Assembly: GCA_965220745.1 (NCBI GenBank)
Contig: CBDCQT010000013.1
Location: 1 to 64,000 of the forward strand
Length of the DNA: 64,000 bases
Source of the DNA: Alphaproteobacteria bacterium
Lineage (GTDB): Bacteria; Pseudomonadota; Alphaproteobacteria; UBA828
Reading direction: 5' to 3'
The translations under genes and the position numbers were made by a program. Under the pieces are notes generated by a model. It saw nothing but the letters and a program-made list of their open reading frames with translations, was not told where the DNA came from and did not search any database. Each line of letters opens with the position of its first letter. Position 1 is the first letter of the stretch. Shown here one piece after another: positions 43,572 through 54,405 of the stretch.

Positions 43572-43943
43572 TTACGGGTCCCGGCTCAGGCCCCGTTCCT
43601 CCAGCGCATCGAGGTATGTGCGCCAGATCGCATCGCGGTGCTCCGCGAGGTGGCGCAGGTAGGACCACGTGTAGATGCCGGTGGTGTGCAGGTCGTCGAA
43701 GTGGAGGCGCACGGCGTAGTTACCGACCGGCTCGATCAGGGTGATTCCGACGTAGCGGCGGCCCGGAACGATGGTCTTGCCCTCGCCGTGCCCCCTGACC
43801 TCGGCGGACGGGCTCTCCACCCGCAGCAGCTCGGCCGGCAGGCTGCACCTCAGGTCGTCGTCGAAATCGACTTCGAGCGTCTTCTCGGCGCTCCTGTAGC
43901 GAAGCTCGACCGGCCAGGGTTGGTCCTCGAAGGGCGTGCTCAC
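43572..43943 (-). CDS. DUF971 / GBBH-like N-terminal domain protein
   Basis: [30 protein letters not shown]. Confidence 0.9.
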   Translation of the reverse strand: MSTPFEDQPWPVELRYRSAEKTLEVDFDDDLRCSLPAELLRVESPSAEVRGHGEGKTIVPGRRYVGITLIEPVGNYAVRLHFDDLHTTGIYTWSYLRHLAEHRDAIWRTYLDALEERGLSRDP

Positions 43944-44140
43944 CGGGCCTCGCCTTCCTCCAGCGGCCGGGCCTCGTCCGGCAGCATGATCGGAATGCCG
44001 TCCCGGATGGGGAACGCCAGCTTGGCCTTGTCGCTGATCAGCTCCTGCCGCTCGGCGTCGTAGCGCAGCGGCTCCTTGGTCAGCGGGCAGACCAGGATCT
44101 CCAGCAGCTTGGGGTCGACCGTGGCCCGTTCCTCTCCCAT
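43940..44140 (-). CDS. Trm112/YcaR family protein
   Basis: [21 protein letters not shown]. Confidence 0.92.
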   Translation of the reverse strand: MGEERATVDPKLLEILVCPLTKEPLRYDAERQELISDKAKLAFPIRDGIPIMLPDEARPLEEGEAR

Positions 44141-44154
44141 CCGCGCGGCCTCCT

Positions 44155-44820
44155 TCACTGCATCCGCGACTTTGGTCCAGCTGCGCCGTGGGCCGCCATC
44201 TCGAACAGCGCCTGCATCATGGCCACCCGCTGGCTCTCGCTCGAGCATTCGAGCAGCGCCTGCTTCTCGCTCGGCTCGAAGGGGCAGGCCATGGCGAGGC
44301 ATGTGACCAGCGCCTCGTCGCTGGCCCGCTCGATCGCGTCCCAGTCGGCAGTGAGCCCGTGGTGATCGAAGTAGGCCCTGAGCGCCGGGAGCAGGCTGCC
44401 GCGGTCGACGGCGAGCGGTGCCGGTTCCGGCAGGTCGCCGGTAAAGCGGCCGTAGTCGGCACGGACTCGCCGATACATCAGGCTGTCCTGCTCCAGCTCG
44501 CGCGCGATGGCGAAGCGGCAGACGCCGGTGAGCGTGATCAGGAAGCGGTTGTCCGGCGTCTCGGAGAACGACGTGATGCGGCCCACGCAGCCCACCGGAT
44601 AGACCTCCGGCGCATCCAGCTTCGCCTGCGGGTCGGCCGGCTGGATCATGCCGATCATCTTGTGCGAGGCCATCGCGTCCTGCGTCATCTCCAGGTAGCG
44701 GGGCTCGAAGATGTTGAGCGGCAGCCGCCCGCGCGGCAGCAGCAGGACCCCCGGCAACGGGAAGATCGGGATGACGCGCGGCAGCTCGTCGAGGCCGCCC
44801 GGTTCGGGGCCGGCGGTCAC
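44155..44820 (-). CDS. LON peptidase substrate-binding domain protein
   Basis: [23 protein letters not shown]. Confidence 0.9.
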   Translation of the reverse strand: MTAGPEPGGLDELPRVIPIFPLPGVLLLPRGRLPLNIFEPRYLEMTQDAMASHKMIGMIQPADPQAKLDAPEVYPVGCVGRITSFSETPDNRFLITLTGVCRFAIARELEQDSLMYRRVRADYGRFTGDLPEPAPLAVDRGSLLPALRAYFDHHGLTADWDAIERASDEALVTCLAMACPFEPSEKQALLECSSESQRVAMMQALFEMAAHGAAGPKSRMQ

Positions 44821-44828
44821 GGCATGCC

Positions 44829-45734
44829 TCAGGAGAACAGGATCGACGAGAGCTTGCGCCGGCCCGCGACCGTGAGCGGGTCGGTATGGCCCAAGGCCTC
44901 GAACAGCTTGAGCAGCTGCTGCCGCGCGGCCTCCTCGTTCCACTCCCGATCCTGCCGGATGATCTCGATCAGCTCGTCGATGGCCTGCTCGTTGCGCCCC
45001 GCGCCGTGATAGGCCATGGCGAGGTCGAAGCGCGCCTGATGGTTGCCGGGATCCTGGGCGAGCCGCGCCTGAAGCTCGGCGGTGTCGCCATCGGCCTCGC
45101 CGGCCTGCTCCGCAAGCGCGAGGGCCGATACCGCGCTCTCCACGTCGGCATCCTTGAGCGCGTCGTCGTCGAGCCCGTCCACCAGCTCACGGGCTTCCTG
45201 GAGGTCGCCGGCACCGACGAGGCAGCGCACCAGCCCCGCGATTGCCGCCGCCTCGCCCGGCACCTGGCGCAGAATCTGGCCGTAGATGTTCGACGCACTG
45301 GCGAAATCGCCAGCATCCAGCGCGTCCTTGGCCTGCTCCAGCGCCTGCTCCAGCGGCGAGGGGCCCATCGGCCCCACCAGCCGCTCCACGAAGCGCTTGA
45401 TCTGGCTTTCCGGCTGGGCGCCCATGAAGCCGTCGACCGGCTGCCCCTTGTCGAAGGCGAACACGGCCGGAATCGACTGGATGCGGAGCTGCTGCGCGAT
45501 CTCCGGATTCTCGTCGATGTTGATCTTGACCAGCGCCACCTTGCCGCCGGCGTCTCTGACCGTCTTCTCCAGAATCGGCGCGAGCTGCTTGCAGGGACCG
45601 CACCAGGGCGCCCAGAAGTCGACGATCACCGGCGTCTGTTGCGACGCCTCGATCACGTCGGCGGCAAAGCTCTGGGTCGTCGCGTCCTTCGGCTGCGCGG
45701 CGCCGCCGGCCGACTGGCCAATGAGGGTATCCAT
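44829..45734 (-). CDS. cnoX: Thioredoxin-TPR chaperedoxin (YbbN/CnoX)
   Basis: WCGPC plus helical TPR region ending [10 protein letters not shown]. Confidence 0.9.
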   Translation of the reverse strand: MDTLIGQSAGGAAQPKDATTQSFAADVIEASQQTPVIVDFWAPWCGPCKQLAPILEKTVRDAGGKVALVKINIDENPEIAQQLRIQSIPAVFAFDKGQPVDGFMGAQPESQIKRFVERLVGPMGPSPLEQALEQAKDALDAGDFASASNIYGQILRQVPGEAAAIAGLVRCLVGAGDLQEARELVDGLDDDALKDADVESAVSALALAEQAGEADGDTAELQARLAQDPGNHQARFDLAMAYHGAGRNEQAIDELIEIIRQDREWNEEAARQQLLKLFEALGHTDPLTVAGRRKLSSILFS

Positions 45735-45955
45735 ACCCGCATGCTCCCGGCTGGAGAGATTCGGTTGGGCAAGAGCTACATGGCAGCTTGCACCGGGCCT
45801 TGCAAGCCTGCCCCGGTCTTGATTGCGCGCGCGTGAGCACCGGACGGGATGGTCCCGTCCGGTCGCCGCGCCGTCGTCTCGCGGCACCGCCGCGAGCGGG
45901 AGAGGGGAGGAGCGCGCCGCCGCCCGGTGAGGCGCTCAGCACGCCCCTCGGCTGC

Positions 45956-46456
45956 TTACTTGATCATGGAAAAGATAATCGCCGGCACCAGCGGCTCCCC
46001 GGCGGGCTGAATCGCCTCGATGCAGATGTTCGCCTCGGGATTGCTGGCCGACATCATGACTTCCAGCATGTCGCCCGCCTCCATGGGAACGATGCCCTGC
46101 GAGATGATGACGTCCTTGGCCATGCTCCCTTCGTCCTGACAGAGCTGGACATTGGAGTTGGCGACGTCTGCACCGTTGATGCGCAGCCACAGGTCGAAGC
46201 ACCCGTAAGGCCCGCCGCCTTCGCGGCCGACCTGGGGTGCGGCGACGATCAGATAAGGCCCGGCTTCGCCGACGGTGATCTGGTTGTTGGCGAGCGTGAC
46301 GCCCTCCGCCGCGTCGATGATATCCATTTCGACCAGCGTTGGTGCCGTGCCCGGGCACTGGGTCACCGATGACGATGCCTGAAGATACTGGGCGGCATTG
46401 GCCACACTGGCCGACGCGACAAGTACCGCCATTGTCAAGACGAGCTTCTTCATCAT
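45956..46456 (-). CDS. Secreted beta-sandwich protein, C1q/TNF-like fold suspected
   Basis: Signal peptide; ITVGEAGPYLI, LWLRINGADV, AGDMLEV pattern. Confidence 0.55.
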   Translation of the reverse strand: MMKKLVLTMAVLVASASVANAAQYLQASSSVTQCPGTAPTLVEMDIIDAAEGVTLANNQITVGEAGPYLIVAAPQVGREGGGPYGCFDLWLRINGADVANSNVQLCQDEGSMAKDVIISQGIVPMEAGDMLEVMMSASNPEANICIEAIQPAGEPLVPAIIFSMIK

Positions 46457-46601
46457 GGTCTTATCCTCCCTGTTGGATTTGACCGCTGACCAGAGTAGGG
46501 GGCCCGTCAAGGCTTGACAATTAAACTCATCGGCTCGTCACGTAGCCATTAGCCCCGATCATGCATCTCGATCGCGGCTCGCGGCACTCAATTTGGACGG
46601 G

Positions 46602-46955
46602 CTAGTGCGTCGTCGACGCCGTCTCTTTCGGCGCTGTGCTGCGTAGCGTGTCGAGCAGGGCAGGGTCCAGGGGGTCGAGGGGCCGCCCGGCGATCTCCTC
46701 GGCCGCGACCCAAATCTGGGGCAAGTGCGCCACCATGGCCGAGCGGCCCGCGTGGCTCTTGACGACATACTGGTTGCTGGCCCAGTCGGACGCGGCGCAG
46801 CCGTAGTGGTTCAGGATTCGATTGATCAGGGCGACGCGATTCAGGCGACCGAGATAGCGCGCCCGGCCGGTCTCGGGCTCGGCCGCGCGGCCCGCGTCCG
46901 TGCCGGCCTCGGTCCAGTGCGTGCCGCCGGCCATCATCGTACAGAACGCACACAC
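46602..46955 (-). CDS. Hypothetical protein with N-terminal CxxC
   Basis: GTG start after GGAGG; MCAFC..HW..DW..DPLD. Confidence 0.6.
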   Translation of the reverse strand: MCAFCTMMAGGTHWTEAGTDAGRAAEPETGRARYLGRLNRVALINRILNHYGCAASDWASNQYVVKSHAGRSAMVAHLPQIWVAAEEIAGRPLDPLDPALLDTLRSTAPKETASTTH

Positions 46956-47027
46956 GGCTAATCCTCCCCGGCGCGCGCAGCTCCGCGCCACCCTTGCGCT
47001 CGCGCCAGCGTAGCGCGGCGTTCCGCT

Positions 47028-47141
47028 CTGGAGAAGGTCGAAAGGATGGACTCGTCCAAAACCGTCGATTAGCAATGTCGGTCGCTGTCCGGATGGGATG
47101 AAAGCCCCGTAAACGTAGAGATAACGGACTATCACCGATGA
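47028..47141 (+). pseudogene. Degenerate HigB toxin remnant
   Basis: Reads LEK...D*QCR...W...NVEITDYHR*, like the HigB C-terminus; stop overlaps the higA start. Confidence 0.65.
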
Positions 47142-47431
47142 TCGGACCGATACACCCTGGCATCACCCTGCGCGAAGACTTCATGGAGCCGCTCAACTTG
47201 AGCGCGAACGGCCTCGCGGAGGCGCTCGGCATCCCCCAGAATCGGATCAGCGATATCGTGCGCGGCCGGCGCGGCGTCACGGCCGACACCGCACTCAGGC
47301 TCGAGCGCGCCTTCGGTGTCTCCGCCGGCTTCTGGCTCAACCTGCAGTCGCATTACGAGCTCGAGGTCGCCAGGCGGGACGCGGGGAAGGCGATCGAGAA
47401 GTCGGTCAGGCGGCTTTCAAGTGCCGCCTGA
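47138..47431 (+). CDS. higA: HigA family antitoxin
   Basis: PIHPG..L.EDF, TADTALRL, FWLNLQ..Y. Confidence 0.92.
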   Translation: MIGPIHPGITLREDFMEPLNLSANGLAEALGIPQNRISDIVRGRRGVTADTALRLERAFGVSAGFWLNLQSHYELEVARRDAGKAIEKSVRRLSSAA

Positions 47432-47442
47432 AACGCATGCCG

Positions 47443-48294
47443 TCACGACGTTCCGAGTTCGGCGAGTAGACCGTAGTGATCCGAAACCGGTAACGGCTTT
47501 CCGTCGGGGAGCGGCACAACCGGCTCGTCGAGGACGGTGCGCACAGCGGACACAGCGAAGTTGCGACGGCCCGGCCGCACGAAGATGTGGTCCACCCGGC
47601 GGGCGGGGCCGGCGGCCCGGCCTCGGTTGAGCGGATTGGCCGGGTCCCAGGTGCCCTGAGGCCGGGCGTCGTCCGGTAGTCCGGCGGCAACGTCCGCAAA
47701 GCCAGCGTCGCCCAAGAGCCGAGCGGTCACGGGGTCCGCGGCCGGGTCGCAGTTGAAGTCGCCGGCGAGCACGACCGTGCCGTCGAAGGGCGTAGCGGCG
47801 GTCTCGATGGCCTGGGCGACCTGCGCGCTCCGCCGGTCGGCCGCGCCCAGGCGTCGCTTCCGCCGGTAGGCGCCGCCGGCGGTGGCGTGAAGATTGATGA
47901 CGCGGATGGGGCCGAGGCCGGGCGTATCCACCGTGCAGGCCAGCATCCCGCGCGGGCCGAAAAGACCCTCCTCCAGCGTCTGCTGCGCGAAGGACGTGCA
48001 TGAAGCGTCCGTCATTGCGTCGCGGGAGAGCGTGAGCAGCCCGGTGCCGTAGAAGCGGCTGGCCTCGGCGATGCCGACGCCGTGGGGGTAGAGATCGCGA
48101 AGCTCCGCCGCCAGCCTCACCTTGACGCGTTGCGGTACCAGCTCCTGCAGCAGCACGATATCGGCGTCCACGCCGCGCAACGCGGGCGCGAGATGCGCGG
48201 CACGGGCCACCACGTGGGGCACGTCCTCGTAGAGCGGGGCACCGAACAAGCGAATTTCGGTGAGGCCGGTATTGAAGGTCAGGACGCGCAGCAT
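47443..48294 (-). CDS. Endonuclease/exonuclease/phosphatase (EEP) family protein
   Basis: LTFN, LQE, AGDFN, DHIF, SDHYG. Confidence 0.88.
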   Translation of the reverse strand: MLRVLTFNTGLTEIRLFGAPLYEDVPHVVARAAHLAPALRGVDADIVLLQELVPQRVKVRLAAELRDLYPHGVGIAEASRFYGTGLLTLSRDAMTDASCTSFAQQTLEEGLFGPRGMLACTVDTPGLGPIRVINLHATAGGAYRRKRRLGAADRRSAQVAQAIETAATPFDGTVVLAGDFNCDPAADPVTARLLGDAGFADVAAGLPDDARPQGTWDPANPLNRGRAAGPARRVDHIFVRPGRRNFAVSAVRTVLDEPVVPLPDGKPLPVSDHYGLLAELGTS

Positions 48295-48301
48295 CGGTGC
48301 A

Positions 48302-49228
48302 CTACGGCCCTGGCCCTGCCCGGATCATGGGCCGAGAACTGCGGTTGACCAGGAAGAGGCCGGCAAAGAGCAGCGCGACCGCGAGGCCGATCCAGGGGCT
48401 CGGCACCTCGCCGAAATAAAGCGCGGCCCAGCCCATCCCGCACAGCGGGCCGATGTAGCCGTTGGTCGAGAAGAAGACCGGCCCCACCATGCGAATGATT
48501 TCCAGCCCGAGCACGAAGAAGCACGCGGTGAGCGCGCCGCCGCCGATCAGCGACCAGTCGCCGTCGGTCATGGTGCCGTCGAACAGCCACCAGCTGTCGG
48601 CGGCAGCCATCACCGGCAGCATCAGAATCGCGCTCGCGAAGGCGATGCCGCAGGTCAGCGGGATCGGCTGGCTGCCGGCCGGGCGAAGGAACACCACCGT
48701 GACGCTGCCGAAGGCGTAGCAAACCGGCGAGCCGAAGGCCAACAGCAGCCACGGTGCCATGCCGGGCTCCGGCAGGCTGGCCCCCGGCGCCAGCACCACC
48801 AGGATTCCCGCGAGACCGAGCATGATGCCCGCGACCCGCAGCAGCCGCACGGTGTCGATCTTGAACAGGATCGAGAAGGCGTAGGTCAAGATCGGCGAGA
48901 GCGTCAGCGTCAGTGCCACCGCGCCGGCCGGTACTCTGGGCGCGGCCAGCGCAAGCAGGGTGTAGGGGAGCGCGATGCCGATGAAGCCGAAGATGAAATA
49001 GAAACGAAGGTAGACGCCGCTGAGCTTCGGGCGCTGCCCCACCGCGAGGCCCGCGATCAGGGCGACCGCCCCTGCCGTCACGCCCTGCCAGAAAACGAAG
49101 GGAAAGGTCGGAACGCCTTCGGTAATGGCGATCCGGTTGAGCGAGAAGGTCATGGCGTAGCTGGAGGCGCCGAAGAGCAGCATGGCGAGGGGCACCAGGT
49201 GCCCGCTGCTCTGTACGGTGCGGCTCAC
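48302..49228 (-). CDS. DMT/EamA family transporter
   Basis: About ten TM segments in two repeats. Confidence 0.85.
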   Translation of the reverse strand: MSRTVQSSGHLVPLAMLLFGASSYAMTFSLNRIAITEGVPTFPFVFWQGVTAGAVALIAGLAVGQRPKLSGVYLRFYFIFGFIGIALPYTLLALAAPRVPAGAVALTLTLSPILTYAFSILFKIDTVRLLRVAGIMLGLAGILVVLAPGASLPEPGMAPWLLLAFGSPVCYAFGSVTVVFLRPAGSQPIPLTCGIAFASAILMLPVMAAADSWWLFDGTMTDGDWSLIGGGALTACFFVLGLEIIRMVGPVFFSTNGYIGPLCGMGWAALYFGEVPSPWIGLAVALLFAGLFLVNRSSRPMIRAGPGP

Positions 49229-49240
49229 GAAGGCCGCCCG

Positions 49241-50011
49241 TCACTCCGGGAGGCCGATGGTGAGGCCGCCGTCGATGACGAGCGATGTCCCGGTAATCCA
49301 GCGGGCGTCGTCGGAAGCGAGGTAAACAAAGCCGTCGGCGATGTCGCGCGGCGTGCCAATGCGGCCCAACGGCGTGCGACCCGCTGCGCGGGCGAGGGAG
49401 GCGTCCGGATCCGGCTGCTCCGCGATGAAGCCCTCGAACATCGGCGTGTCCACGAAGCCGGGGCAGACGCAGTTGGCGCGGATGCCGTGCGGCGCTCCGT
49501 CGAGCGCCATGCAGCGCGTGAGCATGATGAGCCCGGCCTTGGAGGCGACGTAAGCGGCATCCTGGCGCGCCGCGACGACGCCAGCGATCGAGGCCGTGCT
49601 CAGGATCGCGCCGCCGCCGGCATCGGCGAAGTGCGGCCAGAACGCCTTGGAGACCCGATAGGCGCCGCTCAGGTTGATGTCGATCTCCCGCTGCCAGTCG
49701 GCCTCCGTAAGCTCCGCCACGCCGCCCAGGATGGTGACTCCGGCGTTGTTCACCAGCACGTCGATCCGGCCCAGCGCCGCCAGCGCCTCCTCGGCGAGCC
49801 GCGCCGCGTCGGCCTCGCTGGTGATGTCGGCGCGGACGGAATGTGCAGCGCCCCCGTTCGCGACGATCGACGCAGCGACGGCGGCGGCGCCCTCAGCGTC
49901 CAGGTCTGCGCAGACCACCGCCGCGCCCTCCTCGGCGAAGCGGAGCGCCGTCTCGCGGCCGATGCCCGACGCGGCGCCGGTGACGACGGTGTTCTTTCCG
50001 GCGAGTCTCAC
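49241..50011 (-). CDS. Classical SDR oxidoreductase
   Basis: TGAASGIG, NNAG, YVASK. Confidence 0.92.
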   Translation of the reverse strand: MRLAGKNTVVTGAASGIGRETALRFAEEGAAVVCADLDAEGAAAVAASIVANGGAAHSVRADITSEADAARLAEEALAALGRIDVLVNNAGVTILGGVAELTEADWQREIDINLSGAYRVSKAFWPHFADAGGGAILSTASIAGVVAARQDAAYVASKAGLIMLTRCMALDGAPHGIRANCVCPGFVDTPMFEGFIAEQPDPDASLARAAGRTPLGRIGTPRDIADGFVYLASDDARWITGTSLVIDGGLTIGLPE

Positions 50012-50061
50012 GGAGGTTGGGGGTCAGGCCCGCTTACGCGGGCATACTCTCGTGCCAACGC

Positions 50062-51027
50062 TCAGCCCGGGTTGGCCAAGCGTTTGCGCTTGGCTCTACC
50101 CATGGCGATCAAGCCGACGACCGCGAACAGGCTGAGGAAGATCATGATGACCAGGCCGGCCGTCGACACATAGGCCCATTCGAGATCGAAAAACGTTAAC
50201 TTGTATATGTAGACCGATATGGTCTCGGTCGAGAATCCGGGTCCACCCTTGGTCATGATCCACATGATGTCGAACAGCTTGAACGCCTCGACCGAGCGGA
50301 TAACCAAGGCGATGACCATGACAATCTTCATTCTGGGCAGGACGATGCGCCAGAACTTGTGGAACCAGTTTGCGCCCAGCAGGGTCGCCGCCTTCAACTG
50401 ATCCTCCGGCACCGAGATGATGCCGGCGAGCAGGATCAGGAACATGAGCGGCGTCCATTGCCAGATGTCGGCAACCATGATCGCGATCATCGATCGGATC
50501 GGGTGTCCCAGCCAGACGACATCGAAATCGAGGCCGGTCATCCCGCTGATGATCTGGTTAATCGGGCCGTTGCTCTGGAAAAGCATGAAGAACATGTAAC
50601 CGGCCACGGAGGGCACGATCATCATCGGCATCAACAGGATGACGTAGAAAATGCGTTTGCCGTGGAACCGATCGACGAAGAGAGTTGCGAGACCGAGGCC
50701 GAGAAGGAACTCGATCGGGACCACGACGGCCATGATCAGGAAGGTTCGCCCGACCGATCCCCAGAGGCGGCCATCCTGGAAAATCTCAACGTAATTGTCG
50801 AACCAGTTGAGCGATTCGAAGGCATAAATCCACGTTGTTCCGTCGAGCGGACCCCACCAGGTCAGGCTCAAGTAAATCAGCATGAGCGCGGGGAAGGTGA
50901 CGATGAAGACCAGCAGAAGCTGTGCCGGGATCGTCATCCTGATACCGAGCCTCTTGCCCAGCCGCTCGATCGAGAGCGAACCGGCGCGACGCACCGGCGG
51001 GCCGGAGTCTGCCGTTACTTCCGTCAT
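50062..51027 (-). CDS. Carbohydrate ABC transporter permease
   Basis: DIWQWTP, EAA-like loop, TKGGPG. Confidence 0.9.
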   Translation of the reverse strand: MTEVTADSGPPVRRAGSLSIERLGKRLGIRMTIPAQLLLVFIVTFPALMLIYLSLTWWGPLDGTTWIYAFESLNWFDNYVEIFQDGRLWGSVGRTFLIMAVVVPIEFLLGLGLATLFVDRFHGKRIFYVILLMPMMIVPSVAGYMFFMLFQSNGPINQIISGMTGLDFDVVWLGHPIRSMIAIMVADIWQWTPLMFLILLAGIISVPEDQLKAATLLGANWFHKFWRIVLPRMKIVMVIALVIRSVEAFKLFDIMWIMTKGGPGFSTETISVYIYKLTFFDLEWAYVSTAGLVIMIFLSLFAVVGLIAMGRAKRKRLANPG

Positions 51028-51890
51028 TGCTTCAGCGCCCCGAAGGTAAGCCCGCGCACCAGGTGCTTCTGGATGATGATGCCGAGAACGACCGGCGGGA
51101 TCGCAGCCACCAAGCCTAACGCCGCCTTGGCACCGTACATCGGACCGGTCATCGCGACGCTGAGCTCGCTCATGTAGACGGGGATGGTCACCCAATCCTT
51201 CCGGGTCAGCAGCAGGGCGATGAGGTAATCGCTCCAATTGAGGATGAAGACGAACAGGCACGTCGTCGCCAACGGCGCCTTCACCATGGGCAGAGTCACC
51301 CTGTAGAACACGCGCCAGTGGCTGCAGCCTTCGACCAGCGCGGCCTCCTCGATTTCAAGCGGCACTTCATCGAAGAACGTCATCATCAGCCAGAAGGCGA
51401 AGGGCAGGGTGACGATGCCGTAGATCAGCGCCAGTCCCCACCAGGTATCGACCATGCCGAGGAACGTCCACATGACCATCACCGGAATGACCACGGCGAT
51501 GGGCGGGAACAGGCGGAGCTGAAGGACGCCGAGGGGCAGGTTGCGGCCGACCGCAAAGCGCGACACCCCGTAGGCGCCGAGCGTGCCGGCGAAGACCGCG
51601 ATCAAAGTTCCGAACGACGCGATCAGCAGGCTCGACAGAATCGGGCGGATCGCGATGCGGTCCAGCGTGACGATGACCTCTTCCGTCTCGCCGGTGAAGA
51701 TGTACTCGAAGTTGCCGAGCGTGGGATTCTTGGGCAGCCACGTGACGTCGGCGATGGCGGTCGTCCACTCCGCCACCGGCTTGAACGCCATCGTTGCCAT
51801 CCAGGCGATCGGTATCAGCGCGATAACGATCGCGAAGAGTATGGCAAGATAACGCAGCCCTTCGTACACGAAGCGATTCGACAAGGGCAT
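51024..51890 (-). CDS. Carbohydrate ABC transporter permease
   Basis: EIEEAALVEG, QKHLVRGLTFGALK. Confidence 0.9.
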   Translation of the reverse strand: MPLSNRFVYEGLRYLAILFAIVIALIPIAWMATMAFKPVAEWTTAIADVTWLPKNPTLGNFEYIFTGETEEVIVTLDRIAIRPILSSLLIASFGTLIAVFAGTLGAYGVSRFAVGRNLPLGVLQLRLFPPIAVVIPVMVMWTFLGMVDTWWGLALIYGIVTLPFAFWLMMTFFDEVPLEIEEAALVEGCSHWRVFYRVTLPMVKAPLATTCLFVFILNWSDYLIALLLTRKDWVTIPVYMSELSVAMTGPMYGAKAALGLVAAIPPVVLGIIIQKHLVRGLTFGALKQ

Positions 51891-51945
51891 CCAAACGCTC
51901 ACCGTGGTGTCGCGTGCATTATCGCAAATCCAGAGGAGGGGCGCC

Positions 51946-54354
51946 ATGTCCGAGAGCCGGACCGAGTCTCCCTGGCTGGGTTACCCCCTGGAGCGCAAGG
52001 AAGATTTTCGTCTGACCACCGGCGGCGGCCGCTACATCGCCGATCTGAAAGTGCCGGGCACGCTCCACCTTGCCTTCGTGCGCAGTGCGCACGCCCACGC
52101 CCGGCTCCTGTCGATCGACGTCAGCAAGGCCCGCGCCGTGCCCGATGTGGTGGCGGTGGTCACCGGCGAGGACATCAAGGACGAAATCCGTCCGTTGCCG
52201 CTGCCGGTCGTCCTGCCGGCGTTCCCGGCCCGCTATCCGACCTTCTGGCCGCTTGCCATCGACAAGGTCAAGTTCCACGGCGAGCCGGTCGCGGCCATCG
52301 TCGCGAGGGACGCTTACGTTGCGGAGGACGCCGCCGAGCTGGTCGAGATCGAGTACGAGCCGCTTCCGGCTGTCGTCGACGCCGAGGCCGCGCTCGGGCC
52401 CGACACGCCTCTCGTCCACGAGGACTGGGACGATAACGTCATGTTCGCCGGTACGCTGACGGGCGGCGACGACCCCGAGGACCAGGCGCGGAACGCTGCG
52501 GAGGTCCAAAAGTTGATCGACGAGGCTGACGTCGTGGTGAGGCGTCGCTTTCGTGTCCACCGCACCGGCGTGACACCGCTCGAGACCCGCGGCGCGCTCG
52601 CGGTCTGGAGCCCCGACGGCGATCTCACGGCGTGGATCACGACCCAGCGTCCGCACATCGACCGCCTGGCGCTGGCGGATCAGCTCCGCATCCCCTCCCA
52701 CCGCATCCGCGTCATCGCGCCGCGCGATCAAGGCGGCGCGTTCGGCGTCAAGGCGCCCTTCTATCGGGAGCCGACGCTGGTCTGTCACATGGCGCGGATG
52801 CTGGCCCGTCCGGTGCGCTGGATCGAATCGCGCGAGGAACACCTCATGGCCGTGAGCCAGGAGCGCGACCAGACCCACGACATCGAGGTCGCGGCCACCG
52901 CCGACGGGCGGATCACGGCGGTGCGCGATCGCGCGCTCGGGGACGCCGGCGACGGGTGCTCCGGCGTCTACTGGGGCTACGTCATGCCGCTTACCGGCGC
53001 CGCCTATCTCCCGAACGCGTATGACTTGCCGACCTGCGACATCAGCATCCGGGTGGCCGTGACCAACAAGTCCTCGCTCTCTCCGGCACGCGCCTTCGGC
53101 CGTTTCCCGACCCGCTTCGTCATGGAACGGTGCATCGACCTGGTTGCGCGGGCGCTCGGGATGGAGCCGGCGGAGGTGCGGCGCCGCAACTTCGTGCGCA
53201 GCTTCCCCCACGTCATTTGCACCGGTGTGCATTACGACAGCGGCGATTTCGCCAAGACCTTCGAGAACCTCGTGGAGCAGATCGATCTGGAAGGCTTTCG
53301 AAAGGAGCAGGCCGCGGCCCGCGCACGCGTCCGATACCTGGGAATCGGTTTCGGCGTCGGCGTCGAATCCTCGGGCGTCGCCTCCGAGGTGCTCGTCCCC
53401 ATGGAGAACCAGCCTGGCTATGGCGCGGCGACTGTGCGGCTCGACCCGCACGGCAAGGCATTCGTGTTCGAAGGCGACGCGCCCGGCGGTCAGGGCCACG
53501 AGACGATGCTGGCGCAGGTCGCCGCCAACGAGTTCGGCATCCACCCCGACGATATCGTCGTCACCGTCGGCGACACCGGAAAAACCCCGTTCGGCTCGGG
53601 CACGATCGGCGCCCGCGCCGGCTCCTACACCGCGAGCGCCGTCGCCGTGGCTTGCCGAGTCCTCAAGGAGAAGATCGGCCGCTTCATGATTCACGATCTC
53701 GGCCTCGCCGGCGCAGAGCCAGCAGATTTCACCTTCGCGAACGGGCAGGTGGTCTACGCCAGGGACGACAACATTCGGCGCTCATTCGTGGAGATGACGC
53801 AGCGGATCATCATGCGGCCCATAGACCTGCCTCCGGATGAGAGCGGAGGCCTCGAGCACACCGCGTTCTTCGAGGCGGAAAAGCCGCTCATCTGCTTCTC
53901 CTGCCACGGCGCCATCGTCGAGGTCGAGCCGGAGACCGGCCAGTTCACCATCGAGCGCTACGTGACGTCGGAGGATTTCGGCGTCGTGATCAATCCCAAG
54001 ATCATCGAGGGCCAGGTGCAGGGCGCCGTCGTGCAGGGGCTCTCGAACACGATGTTCGAGCAGTTCGTCTACGACGAGAACGGGCAGCAGCTCAGCACGA
54101 GCCTGGAGACCTACCAGATCGCACGCGCGCCCGACGTGCCGCCCATCACCGTGACCCACGCGGGCGTTCCCTGCCCCTATACCCCGTTCGGCGCACGCGG
54201 TGCGGGCGAGGGGCTGCCGGGGCCGGTGCCCGCGGCGCTCGCCAACGCTGTCTCGGACGCGCTTCAGCCCTTCGGTGTGGAGATCGACGAACTACCGCTC
54301 CGCCCGGATCGGATTTGGGCCGCGATCCGGCGGAGCGGAAGAGCCGCGCGCTGA
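51946..54354 (+). CDS. Stand-alone xanthine dehydrogenase family molybdopterin-binding subunit
   Basis: RKEDFRL, GGAFGVK, GQGHET, GARGAGE. Confidence 0.9.
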   Translation: MSESRTESPWLGYPLERKEDFRLTTGGGRYIADLKVPGTLHLAFVRSAHAHARLLSIDVSKARAVPDVVAVVTGEDIKDEIRPLPLPVVLPAFPARYPTFWPLAIDKVKFHGEPVAAIVARDAYVAEDAAELVEIEYEPLPAVVDAEAALGPDTPLVHEDWDDNVMFAGTLTGGDDPEDQARNAAEVQKLIDEADVVVRRRFRVHRTGVTPLETRGALAVWSPDGDLTAWITTQRPHIDRLALADQLRIPSHRIRVIAPRDQGGAFGVKAPFYREPTLVCHMARMLARPVRWIESREEHLMAVSQERDQTHDIEVAATADGRITAVRDRALGDAGDGCSGVYWGYVMPLTGAAYLPNAYDLPTCDISIRVAVTNKSSLSPARAFGRFPTRFVMERCIDLVARALGMEPAEVRRRNFVRSFPHVICTGVHYDSGDFAKTFENLVEQIDLEGFRKEQAAARARVRYLGIGFGVGVESSGVASEVLVPMENQPGYGAATVRLDPHGKAFVFEGDAPGGQGHETMLAQVAANEFGIHPDDIVVTVGDTGKTPFGSGTIGARAGSYTASAVAVACRVLKEKIGRFMIHDLGLAGAEPADFTFANGQVVYARDDNIRRSFVEMTQRIIMRPIDLPPDESGGLEHTAFFEAEKPLICFSCHGAIVEVEPETGQFTIERYVTSEDFGVVINPKIIEGQVQGAVVQGLSNTMFEQFVYDENGQQLSTSLETYQIARAPDVPPITVTHAGVPCPYTPFGARGAGEGLPGPVPAALANAVSDALQPFGVEIDELPLRPDRIWAAIRRSGRAAR

Positions 54355-54405
54355 TTCGGAGAAAGGGGCGACGGGCGGCGCGCGCCTGCCCGTCGCCCGT
54401 CTGCC

